This document shows positions 14,865 to 28,950 of a stretch of DNA of 64,000 bases, piece by piece. Both the position numbers and the translations under genes were made by a program. The first letter of the stretch is position 1, and each line of letters starts with the position of its first letter. The stretch comes from Octopus sinensis (taxonomy: Eukaryota): assembly GCF_006345805.1 (NCBI RefSeq), contig NC_042999.1, positions 65,348,001-65,412,000 of the forward strand, in the 5' to 3' direction. The notes beneath the pieces were generated by a model. It saw only the letters and a list, made by a program, of their open reading frames with translations, did not search any database and was not told the DNA's origin.

Positions 14865-14958
14865 AGTCTGTCTGTCTGTCTATCAATCAGTCTGTCTGTC
14901 TGTCTGATTGTCTGTCTGTTTGTCTGATTGTCTGTTTGTCTATCTATCTGTCTGTCTA

Positions 14959-15100
<142 letters not shown>

Positions 15101-15360
15101 CATCTATCTATTTATCTATTTTTATATGAATATTTATAGATACGTATAAGTTAGTATGTTTCCAAGAATCTATATGCACTTAAATGTAGCATTTTGCCAA
15201 CGGATGGGAATAGAATTGCTCGTTACACGGAGTAGAGTATATTATTTATTGTTATATAATTATTTTATTGCAACGCGAGATTTGCGTCATTGCGGTCGTG
15301 TGGTAAACATATACGTACATATTTAACACACATACATCCAGACATAAGCACATACATATA

Positions 15361-15660
15361 TCACCGTGATCGACTAGGCTATCGGATATTGCTACACATC
15401 GCTGGTCACAATGAGCTTCGTATTGTTTTAGCCTTCAAATAACGCCACCCCGCTGGCTAAGCGAGCAGGCCAACAGAAGAAAGAGTGAGAGAAAGTTGTG
15501 GCGAAAGGGTACAGCAAGGATCGCCACCACCCACTGCCGTAGCCTCGTGGAGCTTTTAGGTGTTTTCGCTTAATAAACACTCACAAGGGCCGGTCTGGGA
15601 ATCGAAACCGCGATCCTACGACCACGAGTCCTCTACCCTAACCACTGGGCCATTGTGCCT
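15361..15660 (-). mobile_element. SINE (family B)
   Basis: Reverse complement of the 6253 head and body. Confidence 0.75.
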
Positions 15661-15735
15661 CCACATACATATATACATACACATAAATATATGATACGAT
15701 GTATATATATATATAATATATATATATTATATATA

Positions 15736-15773
<38 letters not shown>

Positions 15774-16614
15774 TTATATATATACACGTGTACATACACA
15801 TAGCATAAACAATCACAGATTCTTAAGCATATATGTAGGTATGCGTAACTAATATATTTATTCCTAGAATTTCTGTTCCTTTAAGGATACCTGCCCAATT
15901 GTATACAAAATTTTACATGGTATTTGCAAGTGTACTGTCTAAGGAAACCGTTCGCATATCTAAATCTCCTTGGTGGTGCTTCAGCATGACCACAGTCTAG
16001 TGACTGAAAGAAGTTAAAGAATAAAGGAATGCACTTATGCATACATAGGAACATACACAGATGCATTCAACAACACACACAAACACGCTCACACAGACGC
16101 ACAGACACACAGATACAAGCACATTAAAATAAATTCAAAATTTAAAGTTGATATCTTAAATGCATTTAATACGCACGTTTCCAGTAGATATGTTCTATGT
16201 TAGATATCTACTACAAATGAGTTTATCAAATGCATCAAAATATCGGCCTTTTCTTTTGTCATTATTTTAACGCTTTCATAACAACTCATGCTGTTCGTAC
16301 TTAGATAACGCAACATATTCGGGTAGAATTTATATCTTGACTCTATGTGAAAAAATTCTAGTAAAGACTATTGCATCAAAAAATACTACTTCCCGCCTCA
16401 CTCTTTGTTCACATATATATTTTTTATAATAATTAATGGTATCATTATATTTTAATATATTTTATATCTTATATGTAAAGCATAATATATTATATGTGTG
16501 TATATTATTCTAATTATCTGTTTAGTAAATAAATAAATAAGTTAACATAATATAATGTCTAAAAGTTGATGAATCACCTATTGATCCCCTCCATTTTCTT
16601 ATTGCTATATATAT

Positions 16615-16796
16615 ATTTTTTTACTCTCTTTTACTTGTTTCAGTTATTTGACTGTGGCCATGCTGGGGCAACGCCTTTAGTCGAGCAAATCGACCACAGG
16701 ACTTATTTAAGTTACGGGGACGTAAAGACACCAGCATCAGTTGTCAAGCGATGTTGGGGGGACAAACACAGACACACAAACATACACACACACACG

Positions 16797-16839
<43 letters not shown>

Positions 16840-17017
16840 GTATATATACATACGACGAGCTTCTTTCAGTTTCTTTCTACCAAATTCAGTTCACAAGGTT
16901 TTGGTCGGCCCAAGACTATAGTAGAAAACATTTGCCCAAGGTGCGACGCAGTGTGTGACTGAACCCTCAACCATGTGGCTGGTAAGCAAACTACTTACAC
17001 AGAGCCACGCCTACGCT
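16615..17017 (-). mobile_element. SINE (family A), full length
   Basis: Tail, (CA)n tract and head homologous to 9970-10401. Confidence 0.8.
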
Positions 17018-19229
17018 ATATATATATTCATATTCATACATAACTGTATGCATACGTTTTTAGATATATACGTATGTCTGTACGACAAAGCTAGAGCTAA
17101 TTCTGAATATTGCTTGTATTTGCGTTAATATTCTATTACTATACGTTGTTCTGTTGCAATATATTTTTCCATACTGGATAATTACAAAATGATGAATTTT
17201 GCTGTGCTAGACAGAATTTCTATGGAATGCCAGATGTTAGTTAAACAGCAACTGATTCATTGTTTAAAGTTGATTATTTTTAACATTTACATTTTAATGT
17301 TCGCATCTTCAATCTAATTATGTGTAATATTTTTTTCCCATTTCTTTATTTGCATTTCTAGAAATAAACCTTAATTGCTTCGGTTGGCGAAGCAAAATTT
17401 CTCCTACAAAAGACAAACAATAGCATTTCAAAATCTATAGCAGAAGCTAATTTTTGAAACATTCCGAATACAATGTTCGACTGTCATTAAAAGAAACATT
17501 TTATTTTCATTTTAAAGAACGAAACACAGAATGGGCAAGAGAAACTACTCAATAAATTTATATAATGTTTTGATAGCAGCCATAATAAATTCACTGAATG
17601 TCTCGAAAACTTTAATGCAATGTTAAAATAAGAATCTAAGAGAAATCCAAAATAGTTTAAAATATCGAAGAAAATTTGAATTATATAGAAATAATTTCGA
17701 GCGAGTTATTTGCTCATCATTTTATAAATGAGATTAGTTTATTATTTCTTAATTTTCATTATAAAACTAGATGTGGTAAAATGCTTCAATTTTGTTCCAT
17801 TATAAACGCATTTACACATTTCCTGTTCATAATATATTTCTGTCAAATTACATCTACGTCAATACGTGTAGAAATAATACTACTAGTCTGTACCACTTTT
17901 TCCGTTCATGGTTTGAGTAGTGTTATTTTCTTCATCCTAAATGTTAGAAAATCTATTGAAATTAGCATTTCTATTCTTGAATTAACTTCATGGGTATATC
18001 TCTACGATTAGAAGGTTCATCTGGAAATCACCTGTTACAGAGTTCAATCCCTCTATGTGATAGTTTGGGCAGATTTCTTATCGCAATATTTTGCCTTGTG
18101 AAATTTTATAAACAGAAGCGTGTGGAAGCTAAAAGGTGATATATACCGGGTGTGACATATCTCTTTGCCTATAATTCATTTGTCATGAAGTAAAACCTTT
18201 TAAGCTTTGGTTAACGAAAGTTTACAGGTTGACCGCTATATTTATTCACAGTATTTTATATATTTTTGCTATGAAAAATATCCGGCCTTTGCTTTACCGT
18301 ATCCCTTAATATTTTCTCAGTTGGATGAGCGTCAGTATCGTTCTTGTTAAAGAACAACAAATTTCTATCTTACAAAAACGATTGAGAAATCCTTCCGTAA
18401 ACTGAAATGTAAAATTGATTTTATGTAACTTAGTATAAAAGCAAACATCTATCACTCCACATCGCAATGACAGAACACGAAATATATATTTTTGATTCAG
18501 AACATGGGAATTAGATATATTACTTGATGACCATTAGAAGGCGTGGATTAACCAGAACCTTAATGAGTGTTCGCAAAGACGGTTCATAGGTAACCAATCT
18601 ATCTGGCGGAAATAGCAACGAAATCGGCCTCAAATGCTCTAGCAAATTTAATGATACAGAACACAGTACACAGTGTATTCCTGCACCTCAGAAGAAGACG
18701 GAATGGTCATAATTATCACACCTGTCATTATCGATCTAATTTCTCAGGACCTGGTTATTATTACACTGTAGAGTAGTTATCCTACGAATTTTTATCTTTA
18801 ACGACATTTACTCTAACCATAATTAATTTTCTTGAACATTTGAATCGGTAATTCTGAAGTAGGCGGAGTTAGAGCAATTGAAAACTTTAAATACGTACTT
18901 CTTTCATTAGGGTGTACTTGGTGTGGGTGCAAAGTATTAACTAATATTACTGGCGGTGAGCAAGGCGGTGAGTTGGTAGAACTGTTAGCACGCCTGACAA
19001 AATGCTTAGCGCTATTTCGTCCATCTTTATATGTCCTCAGTTAAAATTCTGTCGAGGTCGACTTTGCTTTTCATCATTTCGGGGTTGATAAAATAAGTAC
19101 CAATTGAGTACCGGGGTCGATTAAATCCATTTAGCCAGTCCCTCGAAATCTAAGGTCTAGTGCCTATGTATAGCAGAAAGGAATATTAGTGTGGGTGAGC
19201 AAGACGGTGAACTAGCAGAATCGTTAGCA

Positions 19230-19542
19230 GTACTCCGTCGGTTGCAACGACGAGGGTCCCAGCTGATACGATCAACAGAACAGCTTGCTCGTGTAACTAA
19301 CGTGAACTCCACAAACACGTTACCCTTAGTGTAGTTCTCGGGGAGATTCAGCGTGACACAGAGTGTGACAAGGCTGACCCTTTGAAAAACGGGTACTACT
19401 CATTTTTGCCAGCTGAGTGGAGTGGAACAATGTGAAATAAAGTGTATTGCTCAAGGACACAACGCGCCTCCGGGAATTGAACTCATGACCTTACGATCAT
19501 GACCCGAATGCCTCTAACCACTAAGCCACGCGCCTTCACCGT
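19230..19542 (-). mobile_element. tRNA-derived SINE nested in the head of a family C SINE
   Basis: Flanked by AGAATCGTTA(G/A)CA at 19217-19229 and 19543-19555; the host SINE resumes afterwards. Confidence 0.7.
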
Positions 19543-19807
19543 AGAATCGTTAACACACCAAGTAAAATGTTTATTAGTATTTCGTACCTTCTCAGTTAAA
19601 ATTCCGGGAAGGCTGACTTTGTCCTTCATCAATTCGGTGATGATAAAATAAATACCACCTGAACACTGAGGTCAGTGTAAACAACTTACTACCTCCCAGA
19701 ACTTGCTGGCTTTGTGCTAAAATTTGAAACTAATATTACTGTCTCAAAATTAGAATATATTAGGGATTGAAATGTTTGGCAATCCATATTATGCCTTGTG
19801 TATGACT

Positions 19808-20050
19808 CTCTCTTTTACTCGTTTACTTGCTTCAGTCCTTTGACTATGGCCATGCTGGAGCACCGCCTTTAGACGAGCAAATCGACACCAGGATTTATTC
19901 GTTGTAAGCCTACTACTTATTCTATCGGTCTCTTTTGCCGGGGACGTAAACACATCAGCATCGGTTATCAAGCGATGTTGTGGGGACAGACACAGACACA
20001 CAAACACACACACACACACAGATAAATAGACACACACACACACACACACA

Positions 20051-20097
<47 letters not shown>

Positions 20098-20269
20098 CAT
20101 ATATACGACGGGCCTGTTTCAGTTTCCGTCTACCAAATCCATTCACAAGCCTTTGGTCGGCCCAAGCTGTAGTAGAAGAAACCTGCCCAAGGTGTTACGC
20201 AGTAGGACTGAACCCGGATCCATGTGGTTGGTAAGCAAGCTACGTACCACACATTCACTCCTACGCCTA
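19808..20269 (-). mobile_element. SINE (family A), full length
   Basis: Homology to the other family A copies. Confidence 0.8.
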
Positions 20270-21053
20270 TGAGTGCACTTTTAATGATGGTCACCCTGTC
20301 GACAGCAATTATTTCCGATCTATTTAATTTTGTTGAATCGTAGCCAGGAGACGTTGAAATGTATCAGTAAAAGAAGCTGACGACAGTTTAAAAATGCTGC
20401 AGGCGCTGAGATATAAATGACTATTTTAAAGAAATCTCCCTTGATTTTCAAAACTTCTTTAAAAAGCATCAACACTACGAGATACTATGTGGTCTCTTTG
20501 TTACATATTTTCTCAAAATATACACACAGAATGGTTATCTTAACCATAGTGTCCCGCATGTATAAGATATGGTATAAATGTCAACTGAGAGTTGCTCCGT
20601 CTGTTGAACATTAGAATCACGTGTTAAGTTTAGTATTTCTGACTATAAATACGCAGTAGCGTTATCGATCTTTTGCTGATTTTGAACAGATTGGAAGTAA
20701 ATAGGACACGCCGTGTAACTAAAGACATCCAATTCTTTCATGCTGTCTGGATTTCTGTGCAAAGGTGATATCCCATGTAGAATTCTGCGCTTGTTAAGTT
20801 TCTTCATGGCAGACAAATATATTTCGCTTACTTGATTAAAAAAAAAAATGAATAAAAATGAAGATCGTAAATTCATCTGTAACAGAAAAAAAGTGACATA
20901 AGCTACGTCTTAGGGAATTCAATCTAAAAGACAAACTTTTCTTACGATGTCATAGAAAATAAGCTAAAGGAAGCAGAAAGTATGGAAAGCTTAGGAAAAG
21001 TAGGAGGTGGAAATGGATGAAGAGTCACTGGATGGAGAGAAGTCGAGAGAATA

Positions 21054-21090
<37 letters not shown>

Positions 21091-21168
21091 CATATATATG
21101 TACATATATAGATAAATGTATGTATATATATCTATAAGTATATACATATATATATATATATATATAAG

Positions 21169-21207
<39 letters not shown>

Positions 21208-21225
21208 ACATACATATATGTATAT

Positions 21226-21267
<42 letters not shown>

Positions 21268-21738
21268 ACTATGTATATATATATATATATACATATATAA
21301 ATAAATATGTTTGTGTGTGTGTGTGCATGTATGTATGAATGTATGCATATATAAGTGTGGAGGAATAGGAGAAAGAAAACAGATTGTGACATCGAGAATG
21401 TATGAAAAAACAAAACAAAAACAGACGAAAATTGTATTTTGGATGTTGCAGATGAGCTGATAATGATGTTGGTGAAGAAGAGGCTGACATAATTTCACTC
21501 GTTTCTAAATGAGAAATAAATGTACATCTGAAAGTTGTATACATCAGATGATAGATATTCAGTAGTGCTTCGCCAATATCTGTCAATGATGGTAACTGAC
21601 TTGTATTCTGATGTATAACTATATTCGAGGTGAGTAATTGAACACGACAACACTATATTAAAAAACTTAAAACATGCTTGCATATCTACATACACACACG
21701 CAATGCGGTTAGACATACACACACACACACACACACAC

Positions 21739-21776
<38 letters not shown>

Positions 21777-23841
21777 TATATATATTAAGAGAGAATGCGA
21801 GTTCTCACTCGTCTGTATAAATTCGGAGGTACTGGTTTTTGGATATAAGCTATTCGATGGCGCTTCGTCGAATACATATTTTAACTATTAGTACTCTCAA
21901 ATTTATAATTGAAATACTATACTGAAGACGGAAATAAGTGAGTAAAAATAAAATTTTATATCTCTTTCATCAAGAAACGCGTATACAGTTGATCAAATCC
22001 GGGTGGATTTTTTCTCTTTACCTGCGTGAGTTGGAAGTATTGCTGTCTGGGAGATATCTTATGGTAGTGGAATAGTATTTAACTGCTATTTCTAAATTTC
22101 GGTATGTGGGGAAGCAATTTTGCTGAACCCTAATTATAATTATGCTTATAAGTATAGAATTTTTGTATAAGGTTACCGATAACGGTTCTTTAAACATACC
22201 GAACTACGTGGTAAGATTATTAATTATTAATTAATTAATTAATTAGTTTTACCCTTTATTATTAAATCAAGAGAGAAATAGTAACTAAAAGACCTTCGCA
22301 TTAATATTCTCATGTTCACACTTAAGTACGCGTGGTGCGTATTTCCGTATATAAGCGTACATTAGTACAGAAAGCACTATTAGCATAAGAAATGCAGATG
22401 TAGAGGGCATTTATTATGCCCATGGCTGACACTGATAACAACAAAAACACCATCACAAATCGCAAAATTGTTGAAATATGAAAATCTTTTGTTAAGTTTC
22501 GAATATAAATTTGCTTTTCTAATTTACATTTAAGCTATGGGGATTTTATTTTTATAAGAAATTAAATTCTTCCTTGCAGGAATATTTCAAATATTTAAAA
22601 ATAGAGCACTGATAGATAAATAGATAGATAGTTAGATAATTACACGCATATACACACATACACACACACTCAAACACACTCACACAAATATATATATCTA
22701 TCACATTGCATATATGTCATGCAATGATTGTTCCTTTATTCTCGCATTAGCATACCTTACGATTTTAAATTTACCTTTCGTCCTTCTTTTTTTTTTCATT
22801 TTTGAGATATACTGTTAAATGCTATCATACCCGTTTTTCTCATGTGTATGTTCAATAATGTACATTTCGGCATTGAGGAAAATGAAAATCTGAGGAGGTA
22901 AATGTCGTGGGTTTTATAGTTAGATCAACATTTTGCAGTTAAGTCATATTATCCATGTTTGATACTGCTGATATGCAGTTTGGTAAAATTAATTGCAAGC
23001 CCAATTCGTCGGTAAGAAAACCGTTTGCTCTACAGAGATTGTATTCTCAGCAGAGTAGCTATTAAAGAGTCAGGACTAAAGCAATACCTGTGAATAGGAG
23101 CCTGAACCCATGCGAAAGCAATAACAGTCCTTAAAGACTGCTCCTCATCCAGAAGCTGTGGAGACTTTACAAGGCTCAAGCAGGGCTTCACAATAGATTG
23201 CTACGACTGTATTTTGGACGGTGTTGTTCCTCTGCACGAAGACATCCTGGATTGTATTCTCAGAAGGACCTCGCGATTGGCTTGCATTCAGGTAATAATG
23301 GACATACTCAAGCCCATCGGCCACAGATATAGTGACCTCACCGCCTGTTTTTTTTTTTTGTAATGGTATGTTTCTCGCTGCTGGCTGTTCTTGAATTTCC
23401 ACTTTAGACACTTCTCAATCATTGGTCTTCGCACTTACCGTCGTCGTAAATTTTACGTTCAATACATTGGCCTATCAGTATCGGTCCTCTAAAATCTCTC
23501 CATATCTTTCCTGTACATGTAAGCTTGTAGTAATTTAACCAAACCATTAATTGCATCCAATTCACAGGACTGGTAGAGCCTGCAAAGACCATACACACTG
23601 CTATGTACTGTCTGCAAAGGCATAGTATATTTAGTCACTTTTGTTAAGCGTTTCATTATATCGGATTCACCGATATGCATAAAATACGCATTCTTGGCAA
23701 CAAGTTCGAACATTATTTTAGTGATACAGAAAGTAGTCCCTTTTAGCATCTTCACGCAGTACTAAACCATGAATTAAATCAATAGTTACAGCCAACATCT
23801 TCTCTATATATTGGACACCGTTCCGGCAAAGCAACCGCGTT

Positions 23842-23875
<34 letters not shown>

Positions 23876-25153
23876 CATACGCACACACTCAGACACGCAG
23901 ACAGAGACACACATAAAGACATACACACACACACATATATATATATATATATGAGAAATGTCACGTTTATATACTTGTATCTGCTTACGCCTGCTTATGT
24001 AAGGAGTCACAGATCACTAAATAGGAACTTTATTCATGTCTGGTATATATGAATGAAGATGTATTGCCTTTAATCTTTTGTACATCATTAGGAAGTGATA
24101 GGTGTTTAGAAAGCCAGCGTATATTGAATAAAACAATTCTGAAATTGATATAATTTTATATTACAGTTGGCTACAGTATAGTTTAAAGAGAGGCAATATA
24201 ACATCATGTTTGTTTAATCATAACATTCAGCATCAAATATATTTTAAGTTATAATCTAATTTTGCACAATCATTTTCAATTACATTTAACAAATCTAATA
24301 TATATTCATAATTCCGTTTCCAATATTTATTAACTTATTATTTCTATTCATATCTAGTTTCAATATATTATAAGAATTATTGAAATAAGTCCTGAATGTT
24401 CATTTAAAAATGCATTTCTTTTATTTTCATATTTTATATTTTAATCGAAACTAGATTTTAGCTATTAAAATGGTAAGAGACTTCTGGCATAATATGACAT
24501 TTCGAATCTATAAAAGGAAAACATCTACATTAAATATTCATCAATAATGGGCGACAGCCAGACGATTACTGTCCCGGTTTTATATTTTCATTGAAAACAA
24601 TATTGAGACTAGTTGTTAAATAATTATGAATGAACGAACGGTATCTTTTATTTTATTTTTTATTTTATTATCAGGAAAGAATCTGTAAATTCAAGTCAAT
24701 TGGCGTCTTTGAAAATTGGCAAAGAATTGTCCGTTTGTTAGAAATTCACAAGACATAAATAGCTAAATGTGATTAACTGACATTCTGTTAACATTAAATA
24801 ATGAAAAAAATCTTTGACTATGTTATTTCCGTCTGAGGTACTTTTTCTATTTTTTTTCTATATTTCTTCTATTGTTCTTTGAAATTGAACCAACTTTTAT
24901 ATGTAAGTAACCCTACAGGCTTTAGGCAGTAAAACCGCGAGGTTTTCTATTCCTATGAGTTTATAATACAACTGAGCAAATAGAGTTGTAAATAATTAAT
25001 GGAAATCTTTGAGTGATTTGAATATCCTCATAGGAAGTTTACATACTACTGGGTTGTTCGGGAAGTTCGTGCCGATTTATAGTAGCTTACATTTCGACTT
25101 ATTTTAGAATATGTTTGAGTTCATAAAATAGGATTTGACTTCATCTCCATTTA

Positions 25154-26445
25154 CGAGGGACGTTCAATAAGTAATGCCCCTGACACTCTTGCAGTTGTTT
25201 GATCTAGCTGGAATTTTGCATGTGCAATTATTTATATCTCTATAGATTAAGTGACAAATTACAGCTCTGAGCTAATTGTGGTTTCTGATTTACAGGTGTT
25301 TGAACTGAGTCAAGTGTGAAATGGAGCCTGTTGAGTGTCGAGCAGTAATCCGGTTTTTGTATTTAAAAGGATGCACACCACAGGAGACTGTTGATGAAAT
25401 GAAAGTAACTTATGGTGATGATGCCCCATCATATGACCTTGTAAAACGCTGGCATCGTGAATTCAAACATGGTCGGAACTCTGTGGAAACAGCTTCCAGA
25501 TCTGGTCGCCCCTCTTCTGCCATTGATGAGTCATCTGTCCATCAAGTTGAGGCTGCCATTTTGGAAGATCGACGCATAACAATTCGCCAAATAGCCCATC
25601 AGGTTAAGATTAGTACCGGGTCTGTGGAAACTATCATTCATGACCATTTGCATATGCAAAAGGTGTCTGCCAGATGGATTCCCAGGTTGCTCACACCTTT
25701 CCAGAAGCAAGAACGCGTCAAGTGCTCGAGGATGAATTTGGAGATGTGCCAAGAAGATGAGTCAAAATTTTTCAAAAGACTGATTACACAGGATGAAACC
25801 TGGGTCCATCACTATGATCCAGAGATCAAAGCCCAGTCAATGCAGTGGAAGCACCGTGACTCACCTCCTCCAAAGAAGGCAAGGGTGCAGCCCTTCGCTG
25901 GCAAGGTCATGCTCACAGTCTTCTGGAACCAGGACGGAGTAGTGATGACAGATTTCCTGGCAAAGGGTACCACAATTACAGGAGCCTATTATGCTTCACT
26001 TCTGAGGAAATTAAGAGAAGCTATCAAAATCAAGAGGCGGGGCAAGATCAGCAAAGGCATCCTCCTCCTGCAGGACAACGCTCCGGTCCACAACTCGCGT
26101 GTCACCAGATCAGAAGCACAGGCGTGCGGCTATGAACTCCTCTCCCACCCACCCTACTCCCCTGACCTTGCACCCTCTGATTTTCCCTCTTCCCAGCCAT
26201 GAAGTTGTTTTTGAAAGGAAAGCGTTTCCCAGATGATGCAGCCTTGATTTCTGAAGTCAAGTCGTGGTTGGAGGACCAAGCTGGGGTCTTCTACAAAAAC
26301 GGTCTCCAGAGCTGCATCAAACAATGGGAGAAATGCGTAACTCTGGGTGGTTCCTATGCAGAAAAAGACTAATAACTATGCCAAGTTTCGTTGCTCTACT
26401 ACTATGGGAAGTGAGTCAGGGGCATTACTTATTGAACGCCCCTCG
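25154..26445 (+). mobile_element. Mariner (D,D34D) copy 2, full length, 1292 bp
   Basis: TA duplications at 25152-53 and 26446-47; TIRs CGAGGG(A/G)CGTTCAATAAGTAATGCCCCTGAC. Confidence 0.97.
25321..26372 (+). pseudogene. Mariner transposase disrupted by a single 1-bp deletion near 26185
   Basis: ITQDETW / LLQDNAP / YSPDLAPSD with 34 residues between the 2nd and 3rd Asp; restoring the A of CAC seen in copies 1 and 3 gives a 350-aa ORF ending at TAA 26370-72. Confidence 0.93.
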
Positions 26446-28480
26446 TAGAGCAAAGTTTAAGCTATATTTTCGTGGAAGATGGTTTATGTTCCTATAACCT
26501 GTGTTAATTCTGTAACCCTTTAAAATGGAAGATAAGAAAGTTAATTTTTGGCACTTGATGCTTTGGGAACTAGACAAAAATTGCTGCAGCTCAGCTGGGA
26601 TGTGTTTCCCCCCCCCCTCCATATTCACCAGATATTGCTCCTTCGGATTTCCACTTATCTAGGTCTCTGCAGAATAGTATTAATGGTAAAAATCTCAATT
26701 CTTTGGATGACGTAAAAAGATACCTTGATGAATTCTTTGCCATGAAACCACCTCAATTCTGGGAAGAGGGTATTTTCAAGTTAAAGGAAAGATGGTGACG
26801 CATTGTGCAACAAAATGATTCATATTTGGTTGATTAAAAATGTAATGGCAAATATTTATTGACCTTTTTCTTTCCTTTAAAAATCGGCATGAACTTTCCG
26901 GAGAACCCAGTATATAAATACACCAACGAAATGCTTGATTTAAAAGTTAAATATCTTTCAAATTCCACCCTATTATGCTTAAAACATTGGTAGTCTTAGA
27001 TATGGGATACTTATAGACGAAATGCTCTTCCCTGTTCATTTGCTCGATTACAGACTATTACATCCAACCGACGTTCGAGTGAGTCTATGATTTGGCCACA
27101 AGTAATGCGTTTTAGAGACCTGTATACTCATAAGTACACGCAAGTACTATCTCGGGACTTACATTCGTGACCCAGCGGTATTATAAGAAATGTGACAGCT
27201 GGCAGAGTAGATGTCGAAACCAGTACCCGATTGGCACCCATCATAACTAATTAGGCAGAAGCAATGTGAAATTAAGAAACTTGATCAACTATACAACACA
27301 CATACCTGCTCAGCAATTGAAACTATGAGTTCACGATCATGAGTGAACATCTTAACCATTCAGCAACACATGCTCATCGATTAAAGATAAGCTGGCACTG
27401 AACAACAATGCAATTTTTCAAAAATATTCTTTCTCTTTCTTTACTAAATAATGAAAAGGCTGTTTCATTATCAAAAACAGAACCCCCCTCCCCCCCAAAA
27501 AAAACGTAAACAAAAATTAACAAACTTTAGGAGCTGGATGTTTTAGAAGCTGAAGCTATCTTCTATCCGGCGTGTATGATTATTGTATAAATTATTTTCC
27601 TAAAATGAATTAAGAAACAATCACAAGATATTCCCCAATCTTTCGAATAAAATGGAACAGTGAGTTTTCAATTTAAATTGTGTTTAATATCATAAAGAGT
27701 AATTGCAACTAAATATCGTATAGGGTCATTTCGTAAACCAAAAACTCATTATTACTGGGCTTATGCGCATGTTAAATTGATAATAAAAGAGGAGAAAATG
27801 AAAAAAATAAAAATAAATCCCAGAACTGACAATCTGAGTAATTTATGCGAGGTGAAAGCATTTCCACTCTCGTTTCTTTGAATGTAAAATTGTCATCTCT
27901 GGATGATTAAAATTAGCATGATTATTTAATCAAATACCCCTAAAAGACACCAAAATAACCGGTTAGTTCCGACTGAAAGGAGCCAACAACAAATTAATGA
28001 CTGAAGAGAATGAAATATTTCAATGATCACCATGGAGTACAAATTGACATATATCACAGAACTTGTATGTTTATATAGCTCTTCGTCAAGGCTAGCTTGT
28101 TTACAAATATCAACGAATGAATATAAGTTTAACAGTTTTCAGGTGAGGAGATGAGAAATAGCCTAAAAGGAATAGTTTCGACACAATACTGTCAATAAAA
28201 AATTGCTATCTACAAAAGGGTCTTTAGAAATGATATCTTAAATAGAAATAGGTTAATAGGTGTAAAGTTGAAAAATATATAAAAAAAGCAAAATAAACAA
28301 CTCCCACGCCAAAAATGCCAACAATGAAAGAAAACCAACAGATTCAGAAAAGCCTGGTTTAATCATATTTGGTCTCTATTTAATATTTTGTAATATTTAT
28401 ATGCATAGAATAAACTATTGCATTTATTCCTGTTATGAAGTGATGAAATGGTTATATATATAACCAAGCGATTACATACA

Positions 28481-28950
28481 TTATTATTATGGCTGCCCAC
28501 TCGTTATCGAGTATCGCCATTGCACGAAGCTTAACTGTTAATGGTGCAGTGATCGAATGTGACTTTTTAGCCCAGCTAAAGATCTACAATGTCTTGTACA
28601 GAATTGGCAACTAAAACCTTTACCGGTAATAGCCGGCTGTAGTTGTAACTGGGCTTCATGTACCTTTGCATGTCGTTTAAGTCCTCCTGCCGAATTACAC
28701 TCTCTTCCACATGCCCGACAGATATGATTAGTATGATGTGTTACACAACCACCAGTGGCCAGGTTGTCACTCATCTGTCTCGCTTTATGACTACGAAGAT
28801 GACTCTTGAGTCCAGCTTTACTGAGGCAGGATCTTGCACAGATACTGCATCATGTCAGCATCATAGGAAGAACCTTCCTATCTGGAAGTGTAACAGCGAT
28901 GCCCTTCCTGACATCCCTCCTTACTTTCTCATAGGCAACTCGAGATTTCA
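28481..28950 (-). mobile_element. 3' end of an RTE-like LINE encoding three C2H2 fingers
   Basis: CSIC..SKAGLKSHLRSH, CRAC..SAGGLKRHAKVH, CQFC..SLAGLKSHIRSLH; in-frame TGA at 28850-52; short 3' UTR ending in (ATA)n; clade assignment recalled from RTE C-termini. Confidence 0.65.

Larger units (their letters stand above)
25049..26910 (+). mobile_element. Internally deleted mariner (about 570 bp without its insert), host of a nested mariner
   Basis: 30-bp TIRs CTGGGTT(G/C)T(T/C)CGG(G/A)AAGTTC(G/A)TGCCGATTT with TA duplications; remnant frame SWDVF..PPYSPDIAPSDFHL..SLQN..GK. Confidence 0.85.
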
